A stretch of 64,000 bases of DNA from Nitrososphaeria archaeon (GCA_027078545.1 JALWXN010000004.1:320001-384000), one strand, 5' to 3'; counted from the stretch's first letter, positions 47,792 to 58,156 are shown. Notes: generated by a model from the sequence alone, not told the origin. Program-made: numbers and translations.

Positions 47792-49684
47792 ATGGATATT
47801 CTCTTGTTGGGGGATCGGGTTAAGGAGGCTATCTATGAGTTTGTTGGTAGGCGGGATGTTGAGGTTACTCTTGAGGTTCCCCAGAGTCCTGAGTATGGGG
47901 ATCTCTCTACTCCCTATGCTTTTAAGGCTGCCCGTGTCTTGGGGCGTAGGCCTCTGGACCTGGCTAGTGATATTAGGGATCATCTCCTCTCCCTAGGGAT
48001 AGACTATATCGCTGATATCCGTGTGGAGGGTGGGGGCTATATAAATATTCATCTGGATAGGAACAGGTTCTACAGCGACTATTTCCGCCGGCTTGTGGAG
48101 GAGGGTCTCGACCTATTCCGCGGCAGGTTTGGCGAGGGCTATGTTAGGATCGAGTATACCAGTGTGAATCCGAATAAGGCTATCCATATTGGGCATGCCC
48201 GTAACATCCTCCTAGGCGTGGCGCTCCACCGCCTCCTGAGTAGCCTGGGCTATAGGGTCCACCTGATGAACTATATCGACGATACCGGGGTGCAGATGGC
48301 TGACCTGATGCTGGGCTTTATAGAGCTTAACTTCCCCCTGGAGCCTCCCAATGGGATGAAGTTTGACAAGTATTGTGGCGATGTGGTCTATGTGGAGAGT
48401 GTTAGGCGGGTTGAGGAGGAGCGTAGGCTTAGGGATGTGGAGCGTAAGATCCTGAGGGCTTTGGAGGAGGGTGACAACCCGATCTACGAGTATTCCCGTA
48501 GGGTTGCGGAGAGGGTTGTCAGGGCCCAGCTGGAGACCTGCTTCAGGCTCGGGGCTAAGTATGACGTCCTGGCCTGGGAGTCCGACCTGGTTAGGAGTGG
48601 CCTCCATAACCATCTATCCAAGGTGATCGAGGCTAGTAGGAAGATTATCAGGGTTGAGGAGGGACGCTACGCTGGGGCCGTCGTTATCAAGGTCTCGGAG
48701 GGTGATGAGATTGATCCTAAGAGGGATGAGGTGATCGTTAGGAGTGACGGTACACTTACCTATGTAGGTAAGGACCTGGTCTTCGCTATGTGGAAGCTGG
48801 GCCTCCTAGATATGCATGTACCGGTAGACGTCTTCGGGGAGAATCCCGACGGCTCCAAGATATTCACTACCCGTGACTCGGGCCTGGGATATAAGCCTGA
48901 CCCGCCGGACATACTCCTCAACGTGATTGGTAGGGAGCAGACGAAGCCTCAGAACGCTATTAAGGAGGTGTTGAGGGAGGTTTATGGGGAGGAGGTGGGT
49001 GGCAAGTATATCCACTACTCTTATGAGTTGGTGAAGCTGTCTGCCGAGTCGGCTAGGAAGTACTTCGGCGTGGAGAGTGAGAAGTCTGCTGTTAAGATGT
49101 CGGGTAGGAGGGGTCTCTACTTCAATGTGGATGATGTCCTGGCGAAGATGGTGGAGATCGTCTATCGCCACATGGTTGAGAATAAGTCGATAGCCTCTGA
49201 ACAGGAGGCTCGCCAGGTGGCTGAGAAGGTGGCTGTGGCCAGCCTGATGTACCAGCTCATAGCTATTGATAGGGATAAGCCAATCGTCTTCGATATTGAT
49301 AAGAGCCTGGACTTCAAGGGTGAGACTGGGGCCTATATCCTCTATAGCTATGTCCGCGCCAACTCCATACTCTCCAATGCTGGGGAGTCGGGTGACTTCA
49401 ATATTGACTATAGCCTCCTCAACATGTATGACCTAGGCCTATCCAGGTTCATTGTCGTTGCACCCATAGTTATCCACTCCGCGGTTAAGTATCTCGAGCC
49501 CAAGTATATCATGACGTATCTCTATAGGCTGGCTAAGAGCTTCAACGACTTCTATGAGAGGTGTCCAGTGCTTAGTAGTACGGATCCTGTTAGGCGTTAT
49601 AGGTTGGCTATTGTGAGGGCCTATGCATCCACGGTTGAGCTTCTAGCGAGGCTTGTGGGCCTACCACTGGTTAAGAAGATGTAG
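47792..49684 (+). CDS. argS: Arginyl-tRNA synthetase
   Basis: EYTSVNPNKAIHIGH.RN, RSDGT..Y, KMSGRRG, Y..Y.Y.RA.SIL. Confidence 0.96.
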   Translation: MDILLLGDRVKEAIYEFVGRRDVEVTLEVPQSPEYGDLSTPYAFKAARVLGRRPLDLASDIRDHLLSLGIDYIADIRVEGGGYINIHLDRNRFYSDYFRRLVEEGLDLFRGRFGEGYVRIEYTSVNPNKAIHIGHARNILLGVALHRLLSSLGYRVHLMNYIDDTGVQMADLMLGFIELNFPLEPPNGMKFDKYCGDVVYVESVRRVEEERRLRDVERKILRALEEGDNPIYEYSRRVAERVVRAQLETCFRLGAKYDVLAWESDLVRSGLHNHLSKVIEASRKIIRVEEGRYAGAVVIKVSEGDEIDPKRDEVIVRSDGTLTYVGKDLVFAMWKLGLLDMHVPVDVFGENPDGSKIFTTRDSGLGYKPDPPDILLNVIGREQTKPQNAIKEVLREVYGEEVGGKYIHYSYELVKLSAESARKYFGVESEKSAVKMSGRRGLYFNVDDVLAKMVEIVYRHMVENKSIASEQEARQVAEKVAVASLMYQLIAIDRDKPIVFDIDKSLDFKGETGAYILYSYVRANSILSNAGESGDFNIDYSLLNMYDLGLSRFIVVAPIVIHSAVKYLEPKYIMTYLYRLAKSFNDFYERCPVLSSTDPVRRYRLAIVRAYASTVELLARLVGLPLVKKM

Positions 49685-50627
49685 CTAAGTACTCGGCTAC
49701 ATAGATGGCTATCGCCTTGGATAGTGGTGGTGGGACCGATTCTCCGACCTGGTTGTACTGGTCCTCTATGGGGCCTTGGAAGACGTGGGTGTCTGGGTAG
49801 CCCATCAGCCTCGCCTGCTCCCTAACGGTGAGTAGCCTATCCTCATATGGGTGTATGAATCGGCTCTTCCCCATGACTGTGGGTGCCTGTTTCCTTGGGT
49901 GTAGCCTGATATACTGTTTATACTCCCTGTTGGTCCCGCCTCTGAAGAATTCTAGGGCCTCTCCCCACCTCACCCTTGCTATCCTCCCCTGGAACCTCTT
50001 GGGTGGGTTGATATATCTATGGTTGGGTATCTCGTTGGGTAGCCTCGGGTCTGGGAGGCCGTCTAGTGCCTCCTCCACCGTGGGTGCTCCACCTGTCTTC
50101 CTAGGCTTTATCCTTATGTTTGAGATGAAGATCCTCCTCCTGTGGCTCGGGTTGCCGTAGTCGGCTGCGTTTAGCCTGTTGAAGTATATCTCTGGGTAGC
50201 CCACCCTCTCCAGCTCCATCCTTATATACCTCGGTATCTCGCCGTCCATGATGCCTGGGACGTTCTCGATTATGAATATCCTGGGCCCTATATCGCCTAT
50301 CAGCCTGATCGCCTCTAGGGTTAGCCTCCCCCTGGGGTCTGTATATAGCCTGTCTAGGGGGTCCTCCATGATCCTCCTACTCGCCTTTGTGAAGGCCTCG
50401 CATGGTGGGGAGGCTATCACGACATCTATGCTCCCAAGCCCCTCCATCAGCTCTGCTGAGTGGAGCCTCCTAATATCCATGATGTACATCTTCTCGGGGG
50501 AGATGTTCCTCAGATATGTAGCGGCTGCTGCAGGGTCCTTCTCTACAGCCGCCACTATCTCGAAGCCAGCCTCTTTGAAGCCTAGTGCGTAGCCCCCGCC
50601 ACCCGAGAATAGGTCTATCAGCCTCAT
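49671..50627 (-). CDS. C5 cytosine methyltransferase (orphan)
   Basis: DLFSGGGG, SPPC, ENV, R.R, LTVRE.ARL.GYPD, Q.GESVPP; true start at ATG 50627. Confidence 0.9.
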   Translation of the reverse strand: MRLIDLFSGGGGYALGFKEAGFEIVAAVEKDPAAAATYLRNISPEKMYIMDIRRLHSAELMEGLGSIDVVIASPPCEAFTKASRRIMEDPLDRLYTDPRGRLTLEAIRLIGDIGPRIFIIENVPGIMDGEIPRYIRMELERVGYPEIYFNRLNAADYGNPSHRRRIFISNIRIKPRKTGGAPTVEEALDGLPDPRLPNEIPNHRYINPPKRFQGRIARVRWGEALEFFRGGTNREYKQYIRLHPRKQAPTVMGKSRFIHPYEDRLLTVREQARLMGYPDTHVFQGPIEDQYNQVGESVPPPLSKAIAIYVAEYLATSS

Positions 50628-50679
50628 GGCCCCCTGTTTAATTCCTAGGTGTCTCCTAAGTAATATGGGGTGGCCTGGG

Positions 50680-51144
50680 ATGCTGGTGGTGGTTCTCCAC
50701 GATGTATATAGTAGTGTGAAGCTTAGTGAGGCGGTTGATGTTATACTCGAGTTTGGCGAGGTAGACCTATTCGTCGTCTCCAAGGCTGTGTCAGCTGCTG
50801 CACAGTCTGGGGTGCCCGAGGCTGAGAAGCGGATCTTCCAGAGGGGTAGGAGGATGCTCTTCGTCCCTGATCTTAAGGACCTCTTCGAGATCCTCCCGAT
50901 AAGTAGGAGGTATTTCTTCGTCCCCTCCCGACTCTCGGCAGATAGGTTCGACCCGGCTAGGGTCTCTGAGGAGCTTGGCAAGGGCTCTGTGGCCCTCGTG
51001 TTCTCGGGTGGGGAGGCCAGTTTCTCCAAGAAGGAGTTGGAGCTGGGTACTCCTGTCACGCTTGGCTTCGGCTCCGTCATGCCCCCAGCTGTAGAGATGG
51101 GTATTGCCCTCTACAGCCTCTTCCCTAGGAGGGGGGAGGCTTAA
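50680..51144 (+). CDS. DUF2122-like (SPOUT-related) conserved protein
   Basis: LHDV.S, V.KA...AAQSGVP, L.D..E.L, FSG....F.K.EL. Confidence 0.7.
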   Translation: MLVVVLHDVYSSVKLSEAVDVILEFGEVDLFVVSKAVSAAAQSGVPEAEKRIFQRGRRMLFVPDLKDLFEILPISRRYFFVPSRLSADRFDPARVSEELGKGSVALVFSGGEASFSKKELELGTPVTLGFGSVMPPAVEMGIALYSLFPRRGEA

Positions 51145-51171
51145 TATCCCTATTCCTATCCATATCTTCTT

Positions 51172-51238
51172 GGGATGATGATGTCGTTCCAGGATGACCC
51201 CTGTAGGGGGTGATTACCAACCCTGGGGTATCTGACTA
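51172..51238 (+). ncRNA. C/D-box sRNA
   Basis: C ATGATGA 51175-81, 12-nt guide, D' ATGA, CCCC/GGGG hairpin, C' GTGATTA, guide, D CTGA 51232-35. Confidence 0.75.
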
Positions 51239-52327
51239 CAATGCGTTTCTAAGCCTCCTCAGCATCTCCCTCCTTCTCCTGGCCTCCAGCCCACTGTTCT
51301 CCACGGCCTCCCTTATGAAGTCTATGACCCTCCTATAGGTTGGGTAGTCCACGGGGTATGGGACGCCGTCCTTCCCACCCACTGTGAAGGTGTATTTCAC
51401 CGTGTCTCTCCAGCTGGGCCCCTCCCCATATACGAGGCTTGATATGAGTGCTAATGCCCTCACGGTGGCCTTGTTGAAGCCCTTATACCCTATGAGCTCC
51501 TGGTAGTTGGATGGCTTATCCATATAGATCTTCCTAACCTCTCCCCAGTCTATCTTCCGGGGTAGGACTAGCACCTCGCTTGGGACCTTTATCCTCTCCT
51601 CCACGTCTAGCCACTTGTTGAGCCCGGTGTCTGCTCTCTCGATAAGTCTTTGGAGCTCCCTCTTCAGGGCTCCGTCCCTTATTATGTCGAGCATCGTCTT
51701 CTTAGCCTCCTCCGACTCCTTGGCGGTGAGGTTTATGATGCCCTCCTCATACCTCTCAGTCATGATCGCTATGTGGGGCTCCGTCAGGCTTGGGTTAAGC
51801 CCCTCCCTATGGCTCCAGTGATATCTACGGGCATATCCTATGCTGGGGTTCATCCCCTGCTGTATCACGACCCATCTCTCACCGTCTATGTAGAGGAGTG
51901 CGTGGTGGTATATCTCGTAGCCGTCCTGGAGCATGACCGTATCGGTCTTCGCCACGGTCCTACTGATCCTTACCAGGCCTAGCCTCTCCTCCTCGGATAG
52001 GGACTTATCGCCCATCACCTGTTCCGGGACGGATCTACCCTTCCTACCCTTCCCACCAGCCAGTTTAATACCTATCTCGGCCTGGGGGAGGGCCTTCTCG
52101 AGGACACCTGTCAGGACGGTAGTCACTCCTGATGAGTGCCAGTCGAAGCCCAGGGTGGCCCCCAGTGCCTGGAAGAAGAAGGGGTTGGCCAGCCTCTCGA
52201 GGAGCTCCTCCCCACCTATCTCCTCATACATATACCTTAGGAGTGGGGTTGCGAGGCTGACCATATACCTGAACAGCTTCGGAGGCGTATGGCCCCCGTG
52301 TAGGGGTAGGTAGGCTGACCCTGGCAT
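51236..52327 (-). CDS. DUF763-family protein
   Basis: LPLHGG..P, DWHSSG.TT, QQGM, ARRYHW, GGKDG.P.PV. Confidence 0.88.
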   Translation of the reverse strand: MPGSAYLPLHGGHTPPKLFRYMVSLATPLLRYMYEEIGGEELLERLANPFFFQALGATLGFDWHSSGVTTVLTGVLEKALPQAEIGIKLAGGKGRKGRSVPEQVMGDKSLSEEERLGLVRISRTVAKTDTVMLQDGYEIYHHALLYIDGERWVVIQQGMNPSIGYARRYHWSHREGLNPSLTEPHIAIMTERYEEGIINLTAKESEEAKKTMLDIIRDGALKRELQRLIERADTGLNKWLDVEERIKVPSEVLVLPRKIDWGEVRKIYMDKPSNYQELIGYKGFNKATVRALALISSLVYGEGPSWRDTVKYTFTVGGKDGVPYPVDYPTYRRVIDFIREAVENSGLEARRRREMLRRLRNAL

Positions 52328-52397
52328 CCCCAATATATTCACTAACCCCACGCCCCCCTTTTAAGACGAGCCATACCCGGCTTTACGGGTGATACCC

Positions 52398-52802
52398 ATG
52401 GCGTCGAGGCGTGGAATATCCCACTTCCTAGAGGTCGTGATACTCGTGGGCCTCGTGGGTACCCTTGGTATGCTGATCTACAGCGGTGCTCTCGACCTCT
52501 TCGCTGGCTGGGGCGATGTGAAGCAGGTGACTATACAGTCTACATACCTGATCAATGATACGCTGAACATAGTCGTCTCTAACAAGGGCTCGACCACGGT
52601 GGAGATAGACAGTGTTGGTGTATACTTCATAAACGGGACACTACTTGGACAGGCGAGTGGGCCTGGTAAGATAGGCCCTGGGAAGGTCGGTAAGTTCACG
52701 CTCACGGTGCCTCTAGGAGCGTTGCAGGAGGGTGATCTGGTCGACATAGTGATCTCTACTGGCGACGGCTCAGCGTTTAAGTTCAGGGTAGCGGTGCAGT
52801 GA
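52398..52802 (+). CDS. Archaeal type IV pilin
   Basis: Class III signal SRRG|ISHFLEVVIL; Ig-like V.N.G, I.PG, I.T.DG..F. Confidence 0.88.
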   Translation: MASRRGISHFLEVVILVGLVGTLGMLIYSGALDLFAGWGDVKQVTIQSTYLINDTLNIVVSNKGSTTVEIDSVGVYFINGTLLGQASGPGKIGPGKVGKFTLTVPLGALQEGDLVDIVISTGDGSAFKFRVAVQ

Positions 52803-52808
52803 TGTGCC

Positions 52809-53219
52809 ATGGCCTCCAACATGCTGGGTGAATCCATCCTCCTCTTTATATCCGTCTCGCTCCTGGGTATGGGGGTGGTCAGCATATACCAGCCTAGCCT
52901 AAACATACTGGGCCTTGGGGCTGAGGAGGAGGTTAGGGACGGCTATTCATATGGATACCATGTCTCGATACTCTTCCTCCGTGACGGCTATCTATACCTC
53001 CTCAACGATGGACGTGGGATAGGTGAGGTATCCATGATATATGTGGATGGCTCTCCACTAGAGCCTCCCTACGAGGTCTATGTAGGGGGTCAGTGGATAC
53101 TCTCCAGCTCACTGCCTAAGGGGGGTATACTGAGGATACCTGTTACCCAGGCCCCAGGTGAGGTTGTCCTACTTGGTGATGGATACGTGATACGTGCCCG
53201 GGGTGATGTGTATGGCTAG
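52809..53219 (+). CDS. Minor pilin-like protein
   Basis: N-terminal hydrophobic helix, LLNDG...IYVDG; within the pilus operon. Confidence 0.65.
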   Translation: MASNMLGESILLFISVSLLGMGVVSIYQPSLNILGLGAEEEVRDGYSYGYHVSILFLRDGYLYLLNDGRGIGEVSMIYVDGSPLEPPYEVYVGGQWILSSSLPKGGILRIPVTQAPGEVVLLGDGYVIRARGDVYG

Positions 53220-55233
53220 GAGGGGCTTCTCAAACGTCTTGGTGGCTGGTGTGATACTCCTCTTGGCGGCCACTATATTCACGGCCTACATGGTCTATCT
53301 GGACAGTGGGGCATATAGGGTGTCGGAGCTGGGCCGCTCAGTGGAGAGGAGTGTCTATAGGGCTGGGGAGGAGTTGACCGCCTACCTAGATGGTGGGACC
53401 ATTGTTCTGCGCAACAGTGGTGAGACCCCACTCAGGGTTGAGTACCTCGTCGTCCTCAGGAATGGGGAGGTGTCCTTCGAGGAGGTGGGTATTGGGCTGC
53501 CACCGGGTGGTGAGGACTATATACAGGCGCCCATTAGTGGATACCCCCTCTACCTCATAACTGAGAGGGGTAGGGTCTTCCCACTGGGTGGCCAGGACAC
53601 GTCTGGTGGTGGAGGCTCAGGCGGCTTCAACAGCTTCTACACCTCGTGGATAAACGAGACGACCGTGATCATCCATGGGGATCAAGACCCATTCAACCAG
53701 TCTGCATATGATAGGGTTGAGAGGCTTGAGCGTGGCATAGCCCTATTCAGGGGTGACGCGGGCTATGCCGTGATAGACCTGATTGAGAATAGGACTCTCT
53801 ATGAAGGGGTTAGGATGGTCATACCCACTAGGGACGGATTGACACTGGCCACTAGTAGGGGTGTTTTCATCGAGGGTGTATACACCCTGTCTAGTAGGCC
53901 TCCCCTCTATGTTGGCTACGACTACATGGTTCTAGGGGGTGTGAACACGGTCATAGCTGGTGCCAAGATAGGTGTGTTGACCCTCCCATCACCGGGTAGG
54001 CTGATCTTCAATGGGAACAGGACTTACTACATGTGGCTCGAGGGTGAGGTGAATGGGCTTTGGCGCCACGGACTACTCTCTATAGACCCTATGAACATCA
54101 GTCTACGGGAAACATACTATGTAGACCTGCCCATGAAGATACTCTTTGGGGAGGAGTGGTTTAGGCTACACAATTTTAACGGCTACTGGATAGTCGACGA
54201 CGGGTTTAGGCCGGTTAGGATAGTCATCACCGCTAGGGATCCCTCCATAAATGGATGGATGAGTATGGTCGTAACCCTGAGGGAATACCTGCCGGGTGTG
54301 TATATAGCCGATGGGATACGCTACACCGATGACGGGTATGTAGAGGGGATCCAGTATGACCAGGCGTCATCGACGGTGGGTGGTAGTGGCTTCCCCCTAT
54401 TCTTCGCTACAGGCCTACATCAGGGCCAGGATAGGATGGTGTATAACCTGGATGGTGAGGGGAGGATAGGCCTACTCCTACGGTACACCATTGGGGGCTC
54501 GGGACAGGCAACACCTGGTGAGAGCAGCATAGTCCTCCGCCTAGAGTCTCAGCAGGGATATGTAGAGCTACTTTTCAACGCCTCCTGGGACGGTGGCCTC
54601 GAGTGGAGTATAGCCCTGGATACAGGTGGTGGTCTGACCGAGATAAGGAGTGGGGGCGTCGCATCAGGTGGATGGATACTCCTATCCATGTTCCCAGACA
54701 CCTCCCTAGGCATATACACTGCTAATGACCTCGTCGGGCTGTACAGTGTATCACTATCCCCGCCATATCGACTGGTGGTTATGAACAGCTCGGCTGCCAG
54801 CTTCTCGCCATATATTACGGTGGAGGTCTTCATGCTGATGGTTGATCCCGAGTCATGGGTGGTCCATGAAAACTACTATGGATATGCAGTCTCTAACATT
54901 CAGAATAAGCCCACGATCCTACTCCCATACTTCTACGGCGCAGTTGGTATACGCTTCACTGGGGATGTATACTTCTCCAGCTATGGGCCGGTAGCGGTCT
55001 ACAACTACTGGGAGCTCCCCAACGTCTATATGCTTGAACCACCTATACATAGGGTAACCTCCCTCAGGGATGACGATACGGTTGGTGTCTACATCCTAGA
55101 GTCTCCCTATCGTAGGCTCGATGTCTATACTGGGCTGTACATGGACTGGGACGTGATTCCCTACACAGAGTTCTACCTAGTCGTCTCGATACATCCCAAG
55201 GCACTACTCGTTAGGAAGATTCCCTATGCATAG
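53212..55233 (+). CDS. Large pilin/adhesin with class III signal
   Basis: MARRG|FSNVLVAGVILL, pilin domain, Gly linker, long beta-rich C-terminus. Confidence 0.78.
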   Translation: MARRGFSNVLVAGVILLLAATIFTAYMVYLDSGAYRVSELGRSVERSVYRAGEELTAYLDGGTIVLRNSGETPLRVEYLVVLRNGEVSFEEVGIGLPPGGEDYIQAPISGYPLYLITERGRVFPLGGQDTSGGGGSGGFNSFYTSWINETTVIIHGDQDPFNQSAYDRVERLERGIALFRGDAGYAVIDLIENRTLYEGVRMVIPTRDGLTLATSRGVFIEGVYTLSSRPPLYVGYDYMVLGGVNTVIAGAKIGVLTLPSPGRLIFNGNRTYYMWLEGEVNGLWRHGLLSIDPMNISLRETYYVDLPMKILFGEEWFRLHNFNGYWIVDDGFRPVRIVITARDPSINGWMSMVVTLREYLPGVYIADGIRYTDDGYVEGIQYDQASSTVGGSGFPLFFATGLHQGQDRMVYNLDGEGRIGLLLRYTIGGSGQATPGESSIVLRLESQQGYVELLFNASWDGGLEWSIALDTGGGLTEIRSGGVASGGWILLSMFPDTSLGIYTANDLVGLYSVSLSPPYRLVVMNSSAASFSPYITVEVFMLMVDPESWVVHENYYGYAVSNIQNKPTILLPYFYGAVGIRFTGDVYFSSYGPVAVYNYWELPNVYMLEPPIHRVTSLRDDDTVGVYILESPYRRLDVYTGLYMDWDVIPYTEFYLVVSIHPKALLVRKIPYA

Positions 55234-55236
55234 GGG

Positions 55237-56592
55237 GTGGTGGAAGTGATTCTGGATAGGTATAAGGTCGTCGCGAGCTATAGGGTGCCTTCTGGTAGGG
55301 AGTATAGGACGTACTTCATGGTGGAGATACATAGGGAGGGTGATAAGGGGTACTACCTAGTCACCGAGCCCTATGAGGACCGCCTCTTAGCGGAGGCTAT
55401 GGATATACTCTCTGAGCTGGAGAACATGATCGGCTATGACGAGTCCTTCTTCGAGGATCCCATGGAGTACTTGATGGGGCTGTATAACGAGAGCTATGTG
55501 GAGGAGGGTGAGGATGGTGTATATGCCCTATCTCTTAGAGGGGTTGTGGAGCACGTCATCATCAAGGAGGTTCTTGGCTACTCCTACCTGACACCCCTAC
55601 TTGCTGATGAGGATGTGGAGGATGTCGTCCTCTCGGCTCCAGACACACCTATCCAGGTCTGGCATAGGCGGTACCCAGAGCTTGGGTGGATAGAGACGAG
55701 TATAACGCCTGGTGAGGAGGAGGTTAACAGGATGGTTAGGCGCCTGGCATTCAGGGCTGGTAAGACGATCAGTATCCTCCAGCCCGTCATGGAGGGTATC
55801 CTCCCGGAGAGGTATAGGGTGACCGCCACTTGGATGGGTGAGGTCTCCCCTAGGGGGAGTAGCTTCACCATTAGGAAGTTCCGCTGGAGCCCGCTTAGAC
55901 TGTCCGATCTAGTGGCGAGTGGCTTCTTACCGGGCTACCTGGCATCCTTCCTCCTCCAGATGATGCTTGATAAGGCCTTCATAATGATTATAGGCCCCTC
56001 TGGGAGTGGGAAGACCACACTCCTCAACGCTCTCCTCCTAGAGATACCTGGTAATAGGAGGATAGTGACGGTTGAGGAGACTCCTGAGATAAACCTTATG
56101 GATAGGCCTGGGTGGAAGCCACTATCGACGAGGTGGGACGCGGATCCCGAGGCTGAGATGGAGCGTCTGCTGAGGACTGTTCTTAGGGAGAGGGCTGACT
56201 ATATAGCCGTTGGTGAGAGCCGTGGGAGGGAAGTGAGGCTAGTCTTCCAGGCGGCTGCCACTGGCCATGGATGCCTGACCACCTTCCACGCCTCCACCCT
56301 TAGGGAGCTACAGTCCCGCCTAGTATCGAGCCCGATAAAGCTTGACAGGGACGTTGTTGGCCTCCTCGACGTAGTGGTCGTCCTGGAGATTGATGGGGAG
56401 AGTAGGAGGTATGTGAAGGAGGTCTATCTCAGGAGGGGTGAGAGGTGGCTCCTCCTCTACAGTAGGGGCATGCCTAGGAAGAGGTTCTACGAGGCTATAG
56501 CTGAGATGTATCCCAAGGAGCTGGTCTCTAGGGTTGAGACTGGTGAGGAGCTGGTGGTGGGTGTGGATGGCTCTCAGGGAGACGGTAGGTAG
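55237..56592 (+). CDS. Type IV pilus assembly ATPase
   Basis: PLL.D..VED, SFTIRKF, GPSGSGKTT, VEETPE, GESRG.E, TGH...TTFHA. Confidence 0.93.
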   Translation: MVEVILDRYKVVASYRVPSGREYRTYFMVEIHREGDKGYYLVTEPYEDRLLAEAMDILSELENMIGYDESFFEDPMEYLMGLYNESYVEEGEDGVYALSLRGVVEHVIIKEVLGYSYLTPLLADEDVEDVVLSAPDTPIQVWHRRYPELGWIETSITPGEEEVNRMVRRLAFRAGKTISILQPVMEGILPERYRVTATWMGEVSPRGSSFTIRKFRWSPLRLSDLVASGFLPGYLASFLLQMMLDKAFIMIIGPSGSGKTTLLNALLLEIPGNRRIVTVEETPEINLMDRPGWKPLSTRWDADPEAEMERLLRTVLRERADYIAVGESRGREVRLVFQAAATGHGCLTTFHASTLRELQSRLVSSPIKLDRDVVGLLDVVVVLEIDGESRRYVKEVYLRRGERWLLLYSRGMPRKRFYEAIAEMYPKELVSRVETGEELVVGVDGSQGDGR

Positions 56593-58156
56593 GCTATCGA
56601 GGATATTCAGCATTAGCAGGGATGAGAGGCTCTCCCGATACCTAGCCATGGGGGTGGCCAGCAGGAGGGAGATGTACATCCTAGGAATAGTTGTGACACT
56701 CTCATCGATAGCCTCCCTCTTCATAGTGCTGAGGACGCTTGGTGTGGAGCCCCTATACTCTGGGTTGGCCTCGCTCTCCCTGTCGATCCTCCTTCTCCCC
56801 CTCATACCCAGGATGTATAGGTCGGTGGTCAGCGACGTCTATGGTAGGTGGCTGGCTAGGGAGGAGCCGATAACACTCCTGGTATTCACGATATATTCTA
56901 GGAGGCTCTCCCTCGAGAGGATCCTGCAGATGTTTACCGAGGGCTATATAGGTAGGGTGATACCTAGGACCGCTAGGTTCTTCAGATACGTCCTAGCCCG
57001 TAGCTTCGTCTCCCGTGAGACTGTTGACAACGTGTTATCCAGGTCTCTAGACCTGGTTCCCCATGATGGTCTCCGCCGATACATCTTCAACTTTGTCAGG
57101 CTTCGTAGCGTTGGTGGTGATGTGTATAGCTATTCTAGCCAGGCATTGCTAGACCTTTACCAGGAGCTTAGGAGGAGGTGGATAGGTACCTGGTCATCGA
57201 TGGCTGCATACCTCGAGGGTATAATACTGATCTATGGCCTCTTCCCAACGATCCTCTCCAGCCTAGTCTTTGTACTGGGCTATAGGAATACGATTACGGT
57301 CTTCACGGTCATGATGATCTTCTACCCGATATTCACCTTCCTTGTCTACCTACTCTTCGACAGGTATAATGTCCACGACCCGATAGAGACTAGGCATGGC
57401 TTCTCAAGGATCTCCATAGTGATGCTCGCCGGATCCCCAGCAGCTATATATCTGCTCTACAGGTATACTGGTGACATATTCCTCTCCGCCTCACTCGTAC
57501 TGGGCCTATCACTCCTCCCAAGCTTCATCATACAGGCCAGGACGCTCTATAGGGAGGTTGAGGAGGAAGCGGGTCTACTAGCCCTCTCAACCCAGATGGC
57601 CGACCTCATGGAGGGTGGGATGGGTGTTGTAGAGGCTATCAAGAGGATAGACCTGGGAGGTATACCTGAGAGGCTGGCGAGGGAGGTTAGGCGTATGAGG
57701 CATCTGCTTGACAAGGGGCTTGAGCCTAGGGATTATATGGAGGGTGGGAAGGCCTACAGGCTCTTCAGGATAGCCCTCTCAGAGTCGATGGCCTCTGGCG
57801 GTGGGGCCATCGAGCTAGCAACTCTGAGGGAGCTTCTCAAGAGCTTCCTCGACGTGAGCCGTCTGAAGAGGGCTGCCTTCTACATAGCGTTGGCCTCCTC
57901 GATAGCAGTGCTCCTCCTAGGTGGATACTCCCTAAGCATAGTGTTCTCGATCATCACATCTGTGGAGGGGGATCTAGCCCATATCTTCATACCAGGCTCA
58001 GTAGAGACTCTATACACCTATGCAAAGGCATTCCTCCTCATGGGTAGTATCTACATGGGCCTCCTACTAGGGAAGCTGATATTCGGGAGCTTCCGCAACG
58101 TACTGGCACTGACACCACTCCTACTAACATCGGCCGCAGTCTACCTACTAATCTAG
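56567..58156 (+). CDS. TadC/ArlJ-like membrane platform protein
   Basis: Multi-TM protein with two helical cytoplasmic domains; follows the ATPase. Confidence 0.82.
   Translation: MALRETVGRLSRIFSISRDERLSRYLAMGVASRREMYILGIVVTLSSIASLFIVLRTLGVEPLYSGLASLSLSILLLPLIPRMYRSVVSDVYGRWLAREEPITLLVFTIYSRRLSLERILQMFTEGYIGRVIPRTARFFRYVLARSFVSRETVDNVLSRSLDLVPHDGLRRYIFNFVRLRSVGGDVYSYSSQALLDLYQELRRRWIGTWSSMAAYLEGIILIYGLFPTILSSLVFVLGYRNTITVFTVMMIFYPIFTFLVYLLFDRYNVHDPIETRHGFSRISIVMLAGSPAAIYLLYRYTGDIFLSASLVLGLSLLPSFIIQARTLYREVEEEAGLLALSTQMADLMEGGMGVVEAIKRIDLGGIPERLAREVRRMRHLLDKGLEPRDYMEGGKAYRLFRIALSESMASGGGAIELATLRELLKSFLDVSRLKRAAFYIALASSIAVLLLGGYSLSIVFSIITSVEGDLAHIFIPGSVETLYTYAKAFLLMGSIYMGLLLGKLIFGSFRNVLALTPLLLTSAAVYLLI

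Noticed and set aside
50628-51080. N-terminal extension of the C5 methyltransferase
   Set aside because: Antisense to the DUF2122-like gene; motif I starts at ATG 50627
52398-58156. Archaellum operon
   Set aside because: No ArlH, ArlF/G or archaellin-type N-terminus
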